From an uncultured bacterium (GTDB lineage: Bacteria; Chloroflexota; UBA5177; JANWHV01), in contig CAWHAE010000012.1 in the NCBI GenBank assembly GCA_963827235.1, positions 960,001 to 1,024,000 of the forward strand: a stretch of 64,000 bases of DNA, given 5' to 3'. Shown here one piece after another: positions 28,969-39,888 of the stretch (position 1 is its first letter; every line of letters begins with the position of its first letter). The notes below the pieces were generated by a model that saw only the letters and a list, made by a program, of their open reading frames with translations, was not told the DNA's origin and did not search any database. The position numbers and the translations under genes are program-made.

Positions 28969-30702
28969 ATGAGCACCCCCAACGGCTCCGGCAGTCGACC
29001 AGCGCTGCTACCCAGCGCCTCCGGTGCAGCCGCCACCGGCATATTCACCCACCGGCAGGTCCTGACCATTCTCACCGGGCTCATGCTGGGGATGTTCCTG
29101 GCAGCGCTGGACCAAACCATCGTTGCCTCCGCCATTCGTACGATCGGCGACGATCTCGACGGCCTGTCGTTTCAGGCGTGGGTCACCACCGCCTACCTCA
29201 TCACGTCGACTATTTCCACGCCGCTTTACGGCAAACTCTCCGACCTGTATGGACGGAAGCCGTTCTTTCTGTGCGCGATCAGCGTCTTCATCGTCGGGTC
29301 CGCCGCCTCGTCCTTCTCCACGTCGATGTACATGTTGGCGGTGTGCCGCGCCTTCCAAGGGCTGGGTGCGGGCGGGCTCTTCTCCATGGCGCTGTCGATC
29401 ATGGGCGACCTCGTCTCGCCACGGGAGCGCGCCCGGTACCAGGGCTACTTTCTTGCCGTGTTCGGCACGTCCAGCGTACTGGGCCCGGTCGTGGGCGGCT
29501 TCTTCGCGGGCCAGAGTAGCATTCTGGGTATCGCCGGCTGGCGGTGGGTATTCCTGGTCAACGTGCCGATCGGGTTGGCTGCCCTCGTCGTCGTGTGGTA
29601 CACGCTGAATCTGCCAGTCAGGCGCCGCGCGGCCCGGATAGACTGGTTTGGCTCCCTGGCCTTGATCATCTGCTTGATACCTATCCTGATCGTGGCTGAG
29701 CAGGGCGACACCTGGGGCTGGGGCTCAGGCAGGGCCTTCCTGTGCTACGCGATCGGCGCGGTCGGCCTGGCCTTCTTTGTCACGGCGGAGTACCGCATGA
29801 AGGACGACGCGCTGATTCCCCTGCGCTTCTTCCGCAACCCGGTGTTCAGTCTCTGCTCCGGGGTCGCAGTGGTGGTCGGCATGGGCATGTTTGGCGGGTT
29901 GTCCGTCCTGCCGCTCTATCTGCAGATCGTCAAGGGTGCCTCCCCCACCGAATCGGGATTACTGCTACTGCCCTTGACCGGCGGCCTCATGGTCTCGTCG
30001 ATCATTTCGGGCCAGCTCATTTCGCGAACCGGCCGCTACAAGATCTTCCCCATTGTCGGCGCGGCGCTCATGATGGTTGCGCTGACGATCATGCACTTTA
30101 TCGGAGCCGATACCCCTTTGTGGCAAACCGGCGTCTATACAGCGCTGTTCGGCCTCGGAGTCGGCAACCTCATGCAGCCGATCACGCTGGCGACACAGAA
30201 TGCGATGCCGCCGAAGGACATTGGCGTCGCCACCGCCTCGTCGACCTTCTTTCGACAGATGGGCGGCACCCTGGGTACCGCCGTGTTCCTCTCGGTGCTT
30301 TTCAGTACCGTCGGTAACAACATCCGGACCGCCTTCCAGCGTGCCGCACAGACGCCGGCGTTACGCTCGGCCCTTCACGATCCGAAGGTGGTGAGCGATC
30401 CGGCAAACAAACCGATTCTGGCGCTGGTCCATGGTGGCGGAAAGGTCGGCACGGCGACGCTCAATGACACCGCGTTCCTCAAACACGCGGACCACCGTCT
30501 CGCCGAGCCCTTCTTCGTGGGCTTCTCCCAGTCCATGGATTTGGTATTCATCATCGCCGCCGCCATCGTGGCAGTGGGGTTCATTCTGGTGTTGTTTCTG
30601 CGCGAGCTACCGCTCCGCACGATGTCGGGCTTGCAAGCGCAGCACACTGCCGTGGCGCCTACAGCCATGCCCACGGACCGTGCGTCAGCCGCAGCGGGGT
30701 GA
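28969..30702 (+). CDS. MFS drug:H+ antiporter, DHA2 (EmrB/QacA) family
   Basis: GMFLAALDQTIVA, GKLSDLYGRK, GPVVGGF, WRWVFLVNVPIG; many transmembrane segments. Confidence 0.93.
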   Translation: MSTPNGSGSRPALLPSASGAAATGIFTHRQVLTILTGLMLGMFLAALDQTIVASAIRTIGDDLDGLSFQAWVTTAYLITSTISTPLYGKLSDLYGRKPFFLCAISVFIVGSAASSFSTSMYMLAVCRAFQGLGAGGLFSMALSIMGDLVSPRERARYQGYFLAVFGTSSVLGPVVGGFFAGQSSILGIAGWRWVFLVNVPIGLAALVVVWYTLNLPVRRRAARIDWFGSLALIICLIPILIVAEQGDTWGWGSGRAFLCYAIGAVGLAFFVTAEYRMKDDALIPLRFFRNPVFSLCSGVAVVVGMGMFGGLSVLPLYLQIVKGASPTESGLLLLPLTGGLMVSSIISGQLISRTGRYKIFPIVGAALMMVALTIMHFIGADTPLWQTGVYTALFGLGVGNLMQPITLATQNAMPPKDIGVATASSTFFRQMGGTLGTAVFLSVLFSTVGNNIRTAFQRAAQTPALRSALHDPKVVSDPANKPILALVHGGGKVGTATLNDTAFLKHADHRLAEPFFVGFSQSMDLVFIIAAAIVAVGFILVLFLRELPLRTMSGLQAQHTAVAPTAMPTDRASAAAG

Positions 30703-30755
30703 TCGTGCTAGCGCATCCCGCCACTGAGCACGCCACGGAGGTACGGAGCAAGTCG

Positions 30756-33117
30756 GTGCTGCCGATGAGCGTGACCGAGCTGCGCGAGACTATCGAGTTG
30801 CCCGCCGCCCTGCCCGACGTGGGCCTGCGCTTCGAGCCCAACCTGGTCGGTGATCTGCTCGCGGATGTGGCCGGGCAGCCGGGAGCACTGCCCCTTCTTG
30901 AATTCACGCTCGAGCAGCTCGTGGTCCACCGGCAGGGCGCCACGCTGACCGTGGCCGCCTACCAGGCGCTGGGCGGGGTGCGCGGCGCCCTGAGCCGGCA
31001 GGCCGAAGCCACGTACGCCGCGTTGCCCTCCGACGAGCACCGCCACCTGGCCCGCGCCCTCTTCCTAAGGTTGATCGACCCGGGTGCCTCTGAGCAGGAC
31101 ACCACCCGCCGGCGAGCGGCAATGAGCGAATTGGCCCTGCCGCGAAGAGCACGAGACCGCCTTGATGAGGGAGGTCGCCGACGCCTTCGTCGCGGATCGA
31201 TTGCTCACCGCGAGCGAGCAGGTCGGGGTGGGCCGGCTGGAGGTCAGCCACGAGGCGCTCATCGGCGAGTGGCCGCGGCTGGCCGAGTGGGTGCGTGAGG
31301 CCCGTGAGGATGTCCGCCTGCAGCAGACGATCAGCGCGGATGCCGCGGCCTGGGTGCGGCGGGACAAGCCGGCGGACCATCTCTACCGCGGCAGTGCCCT
31401 GACGGAGGCGCTGGGCTGGGCGGCGCGGAACACGCCGAGTGCCGAGGAGCAGGCCTTCCTGGAGGCGGCTGAGGCAGCGCAGCTTGAGCAGGCGGAGGGG
31501 GAGCGGGCGCGGCAGGCGCGCGAGCTGACGCTGGCCAGAGGGCGCGCGGCCACGCGGCTGCGCCTGCTGGCCGCGGTGTTGGCCGTCTTCCTGGCGGTCG
31601 CAGCGGGCCTGGGTGTGGTCGCCCTGAATAACGCCTCGGTAGCCTCGAATGAACGGACACGCGCGGTGGCCGCCCGCGATGCGGCGGTCTCCGAGCTGGC
31701 GCGCGGGCTGGGTTTGCGGGCCGGCACGCTCCTGGACAGCAATCTGCAGGTCGCGTTGCTATTGGGCGTGGAAGCCGACAGGCTGGGTAGCTCGGCGCAG
31801 ACCCATGCCGACCTGATCCACGCCATCGACCGCGACCCCCGGCTGCTCACATTTCTCACCGCGCAGGCGAGGCCCATGCGGAGCGTGGCCTTCAGCCCAG
31901 ACGGTGCGATTGTGGCCGCGGGGAGTGACGACGGCACCGTCCGGCTGTGGGACGCGTCCCGCCGGCAGCCCCTCGGCCCGCCGCTCCCGGCCCACACTGC
32001 ATCCGCGACCAACCTGGCCTTCAGCCCGGACGGCGCGATCCTCGCCGTGGCGAGCAGCGACGGCGCGGTCCGGCTGTGGGATGTGGCCAACCGCCGGCTC
32101 CTCGCGCCACCGTTGGCGGGACTGGGCAGTTCCGTCAACAGCGTGGCCTTCAGCCCCAACGGCAGGATCCTCGCGTGGGGCGACAGCGCCGGCACGATCC
32201 GGCTCTGGGACGTGGCGGGCCGCCGACCGCTTGGTCCTCCCCTACGATCGGGGATCTGGTATGTGTATGCCGTGGCCTTCAGCCCCGACGGCACGATCCT
32301 GGCCACCTGCGGCGAAGGCGGCACGATCGCCCTGTTCGACGTGGCGCGCCACAGGCTCCTCCCGCCCTTGCGCGGCGGGCCTACCTTCGTGGCGCAAAGC
32401 CTGGTCTTCAGCCCAGACGGCCGGACGCTCGCCGCCGGCAGCGAGATGGGCGCGATTCTGCGCTGGGACATGACGAGCCGGCGGCTCTCCGGCCAGGTGC
32501 TTGCCGTGCGCGCCGGCCCGGTCGATGCCGTGGACTTCAGTCCCAGTGGCACTATCCTCGCCTCCGGCGGCGAGGACGGTATTATCCGGCTGTGGAACGC
32601 GACGACCTGGCAACCTATCGATCAGCCTATCACCGGCCATACCGGCCCGGTGGATGGCCTCGCCTTCAGCCCGGACGGCCGGATCCTGGCTTCTGGCAGC
32701 GCCGACTGCACCATCCGGCTGTGGGATGTGCGGCGGCGGCTAACCGTGGGCCCGCTCCTCGCCGGGCACAGCGGCGCGGTGTACAGCGTAGCCTTCAGTC
32801 CGGACGGCCAGATGCTGGCCTCTGGCGGCGCGGACGCGACCATTCGCCTGTGGGACGTGGCGAGCGGTCAGGCGGTCGGCGTGATCCTCGCCGGCCACTC
32901 AGACGGGATCATGAGCCTTGCCTTCAGCCCTGACGGCCGGCTGCTGGCCGCCGGCACTGCCGGGGTGGCCGACGCGCCCCTCCGGCTGTGGTCCATCGGG
33001 TCCTCGTCCCTGGCGCAGCGTGCCTGTGCGATCGCCAATCGCAACCTGACGGCCCAGGAATGGCGGCAGTACCTCGGCGGTCTGCCGTTCCACAGGACGT
33101 GCCCGAACATGCCTTGA
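30756..33117 (+). pseudogene. 5'-truncated, frameshifted paralogue of the STAND-TM-WD40 gene (9 WD40 repeats)
   Basis: Homology to 24586 onward starts at VLPMSV.ELRE. One extra base near 31143 splits ORFs 30699-31298 and 31162-33117. Lacks XRE, TIR and Walker A/B. Confidence 0.85.
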
Positions 33118-33503
33118 CGTGCTGTGAGGGATCAGCTTCACCGGCAGAAAGGCGGGTGATGAGACATGAGCCCGACCACCGCAGGAGCTAAGCGAACTCA
33201 TGTGTGATGACGGGACCAGTCTCGCGACACCTGTTGCTTCTACCCTCGAACAGGGAGTGGCCAGCACGTCGCGGCTCGCCTGCTCCCAACGAAGGTCCAT
33301 GCACGAGCTCGCATGATCCTGCGGTACTGGGCATGACGATATTGCGTCGTTGGTGGCCGTCTGGAAGCCTGTCTATGCCTCCGGAGGCCGACACACGATA
33401 GTCTGAAGAGGTCCACGTGATTTCGGATAGTGTTGCCAGCCGGAGAAACCGAGCAATGTCCGCGGCCAGCAAATGCTTCGCATCCTGGCCACGAACCGCC
33501 AGA

Positions 33504-33989
33504 TCACATCGCCTCTCCATGGGCGATTGCCAGCTCTACTTCCTGCGCATGATGAGTGGCATGGGCACCTCCAGCCATTCCCATAAGGTCGCCCAGCGGC
33601 ACCTCTCCCTGCGGCAACGGGATTGGCCGAGCAAGCAGCTCGTCGGGCAAGGTCATCACCTGCGCGGCCAGTGCATCCTGCACCGCCTGGAATTCGTCGA
33701 GCAGCGCGTCTCTACTCACGCTCACTCGCTCTTCCACCAGCGAGTGGTTCCAGTCGTCAATCGTAGAGGCGGTGGCCAACGCCGTCCTATCGCCTGACGC
33801 CATCAGGAGCAAGCGGTCATTCACCGGTTGCCGCGCCGCCAGATGCGCGAGCACTTCCTTGGCCGTCCAGCCGCCTTCACCCCGGTGGACCGGTGTCCGC
33901 AGCTGCTCGTCCGACAGCGATCCGAAGGTGCGCCGCACCTGGGCAGCGCCCTGCCGGATCGACTCGACAATCTCCGCTCTATCCGTCAC
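33504..33989 (-). CDS. DinB/MDMPI-like four-helix protein
   Basis: GWTAKEVLAHLA and HATHH metal-ligand pattern; GTG start. Confidence 0.8.
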   Translation of the reverse strand: MTDRAEIVESIRQGAAQVRRTFGSLSDEQLRTPVHRGEGGWTAKEVLAHLAARQPVNDRLLLMASGDRTALATASTIDDWNHSLVEERVSVSRDALLDEFQAVQDALAAQVMTLPDELLARPIPLPQGEVPLGDLMGMAGGAHATHHAQEVELAIAHGEAM

Positions 33990-34243
33990 TGCCGTATTCC
34001 CTGTCCTTCTCGTCCCGCACTACTGAGTCCTGTACTGTAAGGCTACCTCAGTCGGCTGCTTCAGGCCCATCACGACGGCAGGGTCGTCCTTGCGAGCAAA
34101 CGCCGGTGGCCACCAGTTCCAGCGCGGTATGAGGAGGTCGTCGAGCATGCGCCGAGGTTTCAGCACCGGTGCGTGGTTTTGGCTATTGTTCGCACATCGG
34201 GACACTCGTACGCTTGGACCATGCCAAGAGTAGTGTCCGCGCC

Positions 34244-35272
34244 ATGATCGCGCCGGCTCAAATCCCGCCGGCACAGGTGGAGTTGCGCACGCAATCCGGG
34301 TCGGTCGAGGCCACGGGCCTCACGCGTCGCTTTGGCGCCAACGTTGCCGTCTCCGAGATCTCCCTTTCCGTCGGTCCTGGTGAACTGGTGGCGCTGCTTG
34401 GCCCTAATGGCGCCGGGAAGACGACGACGCTGCAGATGCTGGCCGGCTTGCTGCCGCCCAGCAGCGGCAGGGCACGTGTGGCGGGCTACGACATCGTCAC
34501 ACAGTCGGCGCAGGTGCGCGCCCGCGTGGGCCTGATGGTCGACGAGCCCGGATTCTACCCAGAGATGACGATCCGAGAGTATCTTGGCTTCATGGCGCGG
34601 CTCTACGGCATTGGCCCGGCCGATGCTCGCAGGCGCGTTGACGAGACGATCGATCGCTTCGACCTGACGGACAAGCGCAACGCGCGGCTCACCTCCCTCT
34701 CCAAGGGGATGCGGCAGAAGGTAGCGCTCAGCCGCGCCCTGATTCACCTGCCGCCGGTGCTTCTCCTGGATGAGCCGACTTCGGCGCTCGATCCGCTGTC
34801 TTCGCGAGCAGTCCATCAGTACATCAGAGAGCGGCGGGCCGCGGGCGACGCCGTGATCCTCTCGACCCACCACCTGGCGGAGGCGGAGACACTGGCCGAT
34901 CGCGTGGTGATTATCGCCGGCGGCAGTATTCGACGGCAGGGTACCTGGGCAGAACTGCGGCGCCCGGTGGCCGGACAGGAGTCGTTCCTCCTAACCCTGG
35001 CAAGGTCACTCGATACGAATATCCTTGCCCTGGTCCGCGACGTACCGGGTTTGGAGCACGCCCAGCAACTCAAGGATGCAGCGGGCTACCAACATCTTGC
35101 GTACAGGACATGTACGCCGGATCAGACGAACCCGGCGCTTACGGAGGCTCTCTGCCGGAGCGGGGCAGCCATTCGGCTCCTCGAGCCGCAAGTGCGGAGC
35201 ATGCAGACAGTCTATTTGGAGGCTCTTGGTGAGGCCGATGCAATCGCCGGTAGCTATTATCTTCCTCCGTGA
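34244..35272 (+). CDS. ABC exporter ATP-binding subunit
   Basis: GPNGAGKTT, LSKGMRQK, LLLDEPT, STH. Confidence 0.92.
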   Translation: MIAPAQIPPAQVELRTQSGSVEATGLTRRFGANVAVSEISLSVGPGELVALLGPNGAGKTTTLQMLAGLLPPSSGRARVAGYDIVTQSAQVRARVGLMVDEPGFYPEMTIREYLGFMARLYGIGPADARRRVDETIDRFDLTDKRNARLTSLSKGMRQKVALSRALIHLPPVLLLDEPTSALDPLSSRAVHQYIRERRAAGDAVILSTHHLAEAETLADRVVIIAGGSIRRQGTWAELRRPVAGQESFLLTLARSLDTNILALVRDVPGLEHAQQLKDAAGYQHLAYRTCTPDQTNPALTEALCRSGAAIRLLEPQVRSMQTVYLEALGEADAIAGSYYLPP

Positions 35273-35978
35273 GCTTCGCTCGTATTCCCGGCAGCGCCGC
35301 ACGATGGCGGTGCTAATCTTGCTGTCGGCCTTCATCGCCAACGCCGGGTACGCTCTCGTCACCGTCTCGCCCCTGATGCACCTTTCCATTGTCAGCAGGA
35401 GAGTGGGAGGTGTGAATCTGTCGGGGTCCCAAGATCTGGCGCGCAGCGTGCTGGTGTGGATCGGCATACTGCCCCTGCTGTTCAGCGCGCAACAGGCGGC
35501 AATCACTATAGCCGGCGAGAGGGAACGCCGATCGTTGACGGCGTTGTTGGCAGCACCCATCTCTATCGGCTGTGTCTTCATCGGAAAGCTCACCGGATCG
35601 CTGGCGCCGGGATTGGCCATGTTGATCGTGGCCTACGGTCTGTACTTCGCGCGGGTCGGTGGCAGCGAGGACGGCAGGTCGTGGCTGCCGCTCTCCTACG
35701 TGCTGGTACTGGTGCTATTGGTGCTGGTGTTCTCTGCCCTGATGAATAGTCTGGCGCTGGTCGTCTCCGCTCTGGCGCCAACCATTGGGGCCGCCTCGAT
35801 CACGGCGACTTTCATTCTCCTGCCGGTCACCATGGTGCTGGCGTTGGTGAGTGTGAACGTGAGCGACCTTGGCGTGGGCCGCCTGGCCATGATCACGGCG
35901 GGCGGGGCGATCGCCACCGGAGCGGTCCTCGGCTACGCACTGCGCCATCTCAGACGCGAGCGGCTCCTGACGGCCTAG
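35238..35978 (+). CDS. ABC-2 type permease
   Basis: IFLRELRS, IAGERERRSLTALLAAPIS...GKL; multiple TM segments; overlaps the ATPase gene. Confidence 0.88.
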   Translation: MQSPVAIIFLRELRSYSRQRRTMAVLILLSAFIANAGYALVTVSPLMHLSIVSRRVGGVNLSGSQDLARSVLVWIGILPLLFSAQQAAITIAGERERRSLTALLAAPISIGCVFIGKLTGSLAPGLAMLIVAYGLYFARVGGSEDGRSWLPLSYVLVLVLLVLVFSALMNSLALVVSALAPTIGAASITATFILLPVTMVLALVSVNVSDLGVGRLAMITAGGAIATGAVLGYALRHLRRERLLTA

Positions 35979-36075
35979 GGTTGGGGACTGCGCAGGAAGA
36001 TCAGCGGTTCCACTGTACCCCCGCCACCGAGTGCACGACACCGGTGCCGTGCACTCGGTGGCAAGGAGCCAGGCC

Positions 36076-36855
36076 TCAGGAGCGCGACTCCAGAATGCCA
36101 AAGGCGGCACCTTGGGGATCGCTGACAAAGGCAAAGCGCCCACCCGGGAAGTCCATCGGCCCGACCGTGACCTTTCCGCCCAGCTTGACGATCAGGCCGG
36201 CCACGCGGTCGGCGTTGTCGGCCCCGAAGTACGGCATCCAGTGCGAAGGCACCTGAGCAGGGATATCCGGCGACATGGGCATGGCCCCAGCGATGCTCTC
36301 ACCGGAAAGCTGCCATTCCGTGTAGTCCGGCATTCCGGGCCCCATCGGGCTGGCTTTGGCATCCCAGCCAAACACCTGCATGTAGAACGACTTCACAGCG
36401 GCGACGTCGCGCGTCTCCAGCTCGGCCCAGGCAAGAGTATTGGGCTCCATCACGATACCGGCGCCCCGGTGCGCGCCAGCCTGGAACACGCCGAACGCCG
36501 CACCGGCCGGGTCGCCGAAGAACCCAAGACGTCCGGCGTTCGGGATGTCGTCGGGCCCCATCATCACGGTCCCGCCTGCCGAGCGGATCTTCTCGGCCGT
36601 TTGGTCGATGTTGTCCGAGGCGAAGTAGATGCTCCAGGCGGTTGGCTGGTTCGGCATCATGATCGAGACGAGTCCGCTCACCGACTTGCCTCTCAGGTTG
36701 AAGAACGAATAGCTCCCCATCTCGGGTCCGCCGACACGCTGCGTCTCCCAGCCAAAGAGCTGGCCGTAGAACCGCGCCGATGCCTCGATATCTGGGCTTG
36801 CCAGGTCAACCCAGGATGGGGTAGATGGCTTGTGATCGGTCACTTCCGGCATCAT
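36076..36855 (-). CDS. Two-domain VOC/glyoxalase protein (CFP32-like)
   Basis: PSWVDLAS.D...FYGQLFGW...DPAGAAFG and WAEL...FY..VFGW...DPQGAAFG. Confidence 0.92.
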   Translation of the reverse strand: MMPEVTDHKPSTPSWVDLASPDIEASARFYGQLFGWETQRVGGPEMGSYSFFNLRGKSVSGLVSIMMPNQPTAWSIYFASDNIDQTAEKIRSAGGTVMMGPDDIPNAGRLGFFGDPAGAAFGVFQAGAHRGAGIVMEPNTLAWAELETRDVAAVKSFYMQVFGWDAKASPMGPGMPDYTEWQLSGESIAGAMPMSPDIPAQVPSHWMPYFGADNADRVAGLIVKLGGKVTVGPMDFPGGRFAFVSDPQGAAFGILESRS

Positions 36856-37038
36856 GTGCTCCTTCTCAACTGTAGGCCCAGCGCCAACGCGCCGGAACGC
36901 TTACCGTGGCGTGCCATCCTCGCCCCGGGGGTTGGCCGCACCTCGAAATACAGTGCACTCCGCTTGGGGCAAGACCAACGATAGAACGCACGTACCAATG
37001 AGTCAAGCTACGAATCCACGGCATTCCCGTGGTTTGAT

Positions 37039-37052
37039 GGAACTCATGTTCT
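37039..37052. promoter_or_regulatory. Candidate LexA (GAAC-N4-GTTC) box
   Basis: GGAACTCATGTTCT, with a weaker AGAACGCACGTACC at 36983. Confidence 0.45.
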
Positions 37053-37360
37053 ACGAACAATAGGCTACGGCACGGCGGCAGATTGCAGGCTCCACGTGAC
37101 GATCGCGGCAGTCTGTCTTGCCACCTCGATCGCGGCCCATCCCATACATCTCTCGCACCGTCTCTTGCCGTTGCGAGTCCACATACAAACGCCGGCGTCT
37201 TGTGTGCAACCTTCGCCCTCTCGCCATCAGAGAAGAAGCGAGCCCAAGCCGTGAAACGCGCCAGTAACGGCCCGGGTCTAGAGTCGGTCCTGGTACGAGC
37301 GCGTCCGCCTGCCGGTGGATCGTCAAGCTTTAGCACTCTACTAGGAGGAGGGTTCAGACG

Positions 37361-39233
37361 ATGAAGACATGGAGTGTTTCCGGGCTCATCCGTGGGGTAG
37401 TTCTGGCCGGCCTTATTGCCGGCACATTCGGGACGGCATGGAGCCCGGGCGGCAAAGCCCAGGCGTCGTTGGCGGCCGTGCGCGTCGCCGCCACGGCTGC
37501 GGCAGGCAACGACTTCACCACGTCGCTCGGCGGCACGATTACCGACAGGAACCATCAGGTAGTTCGCACGGTGAGCCTGAATGTGAGCAGGACCAGCGAC
37601 GACAAGTCCGTGCACCTGGGGATCAGCATCGCCAACGCCGGCGGGCTCCAAAGCGACTACACATTCGTCGTGCCGGCGAGCGATCTGGCGATCGGCAGTG
37701 CCGGCGCCAGCCTGGACACCCACGGTCACCTGGGCAAGTACGGTCGCATCAGCGTGCGCTGGACGTATGCCGGCCAACCGGCCACGATCCAGATCCCTGC
37801 CGATTCCTGTTCCCACAGCTTCGCCAGGTCGATCACGCGCGTCATCGCCAGCGCCGTGGCGCAGCTGAATCTAATGCTGCCGTGCGACGGGAGCGTGATC
37901 ATGGCGCTCAGCGGCGCTGGCCTGGATCTCTATCGGGGCCAGAACGTCATTCCGCCCAGCAGCAGTAGCAGCCCAGGCACAGAGCAGATCCACACCTCCG
38001 CCAGCGTCAGTGCCTCCAAGAACATGGGCGCGACCCGGCTGCAGATCATCGGTTTGAGGCAAGGCAATTCGGCAGCCATCGATATCTCCGTCAGCACCAG
38101 CATCACGACCACCACCGGATTGGTCGACATCAGCCACTCCGGCCGCGACGCTTTGCCGCCGGCCGGCCTGACCACCGGCGCCAATCCGGCCGCGATGCTG
38201 ACCTATAAGGGTATCCTGGGCAGCGCCAGCCTCACTTTCGCTTCCACGCAGGCAAGCACCGACTACGTGTCAGCCGGCTGCTTTCTCCCGGGGGTCGCAA
38301 AAGCGGATCGGAACAAGACCATCAGCCTCCAGAGCGCCCAGGCGACCGTGACCGGCTCTGTTGCTTTGAATGTGTGCGGCGCGGTGGCGGCAACGCTCGG
38401 CGGCGGCGATCAGGGCTTTGTCGACGTGGTCGGCCCGGCCACGACCGGTGGGATTCCTGGTTCCGGCACGGACGGCAACTACCCGGCGATAGTGCAGATG
38501 AGCCCGCCCCCGGGAAGACCTCTTTCCACTACCCCGACCATCACGGCAACATTCGCGTCTGCCCTTCCTGCCAACGCTCACGTCACATTTGCGCTCGCCG
38601 GTCCCGGAGGATCGGCAACGCTTCCGGCGGCCCTAGTGACCGGCAACACGGCCGCGGTCGTGGTCGATTCCTGCTCGCCACTGAAGCCCGGCACCTATAC
38701 GCTCAGGGTCGACGCAAGCGATAACTCGGGTGCCGATAGCTACTACAGCGCGACGGTTGTCGTGCAGCCTGGAGTCAATCGCTTGCGTGCCAAAGGCCAC
38801 GTTCACGCCCGGGCCCAGCCCCACGCCCCTGGCCAGCGCCACGCCGGCGCCCATTAACTGGTCCACGTCCAACGGGATCCCGGGATCCAAGACCTTTGGA
38901 GGATTCCCTCCGATTATCAAGATCAGCCCGGCTCCCGGCGACTCGATGTCGACCACACCGACCATCACTCTGACCTTCGCATGGGCCCTCGGCAACTTCA
39001 GCAAGGAGATGCAGTTCCGCTTCATGTTGAGTCCAGTGGACGCCTCGGGCAAGCCGACGGGAGGCGCTGCGGCGCAGCTGACGACACCGGTGGTAGGCGA
39101 GGCAACTGTCAGCGTCACCGTCAGCGCAGCGTTGGCGCCGGGCACCTACGAGCTCGACTTCTTGGCAGTGGGCGCCTGCGACACCGGCCATGCTTGCCGC
39201 GCGACCTACTCGGGCACGTACACCGTAAGTTGA
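37361..39233 (+). CDS. Large secreted protein with two C-terminal Ig-like domains, +1 frameshift near 38773
   Basis: AGGAGG RBS and signal peptide. The repeat GIPGS....P.I...SP.PG...STTPTIT.TFA...L.PGTY occurs once in each frame (37361-38857 and 38730-39233). Confidence 0.72.
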
Positions 39234-39422
39234 CTTGACAGACCGGGCCGGCGGCAAAGGCCAATCCCGACATGGACTCGCGCTGCAGGGCCGGCTGCCG
39301 TTCCACGCCCAGCAGGGCCGGCGCGCGATCAGTGCCTGGAGCGGTGCGGCGGCTACGGGCACAGACGGCGGCGTGACCACGCCGGCCTGCTTGCGCCCCG
39401 CGGTCCCGTGCAAGTGATCGCT

Positions 39423-39479
39423 CAGATACAGCGCAGGGAAGAGCAGCCATGCGTGCTGCTCTTCCCTGCGCTGTATCTG
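39423..39479. terminator. Perfect 25-bp inverted repeat (hairpin); terminator or REP-like
   Basis: CAGATACAGCGCAGGGAAGAGCAGC-CATGCGT-GCTGCTCTTCCCTGCGCTGTATCTG; no U-tract. Confidence 0.55.
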
Positions 39480-39888
39480 GGGACGGCATAGGGGCACAGG
39501 TGCGATGCGCTACAGATCATTCACGCTCAGCGCGCGGCAACTAGCGCCGATGAAGGTCATTGGCCCTACGCACGTTGCAGGGATCCATCCCATCACAGTG
39601 GTCAGTTGACTCCGCGAAGGAGGGTTCACGTCGCACAACTGCTTACAGGCTTCGATCATGCGATTGGCGTGGATCCGTCCACATGTTGGCTGTTCCAGCA
39701 CGACAAAGTGCCATCGTGTTGCCGGACCTAATGGACCGCTCCCGCTTGGTCCGGCTTTCCACCTGGCGAGGAAGTATTGAGTACCAGAATGCCGGGATTG
39801 CTTCATGGTCACACGAGGGCTAAGTTGTGCGAGAATGCTACGTAAGCGCAGAGCGCGCCGTGGAGTTTTGGCCGCAGGGAGGTCAGCG

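Noticed and set aside
7900-33000. Recurrent short motifs (GCCTTCAGCCC, GGCTGTGGGACGTG, GACGGCGGC) as DNA repeat arrays
   Set aside because: Fully explained by WD40, SBBP and BNR protein repeats.
37116-37205. Minus-strand CAAGA boxes as a fourth regulon promoter
   Set aside because: Spacings are 47 and 35 bp rather than 44 and 11, and there is no matching -10.
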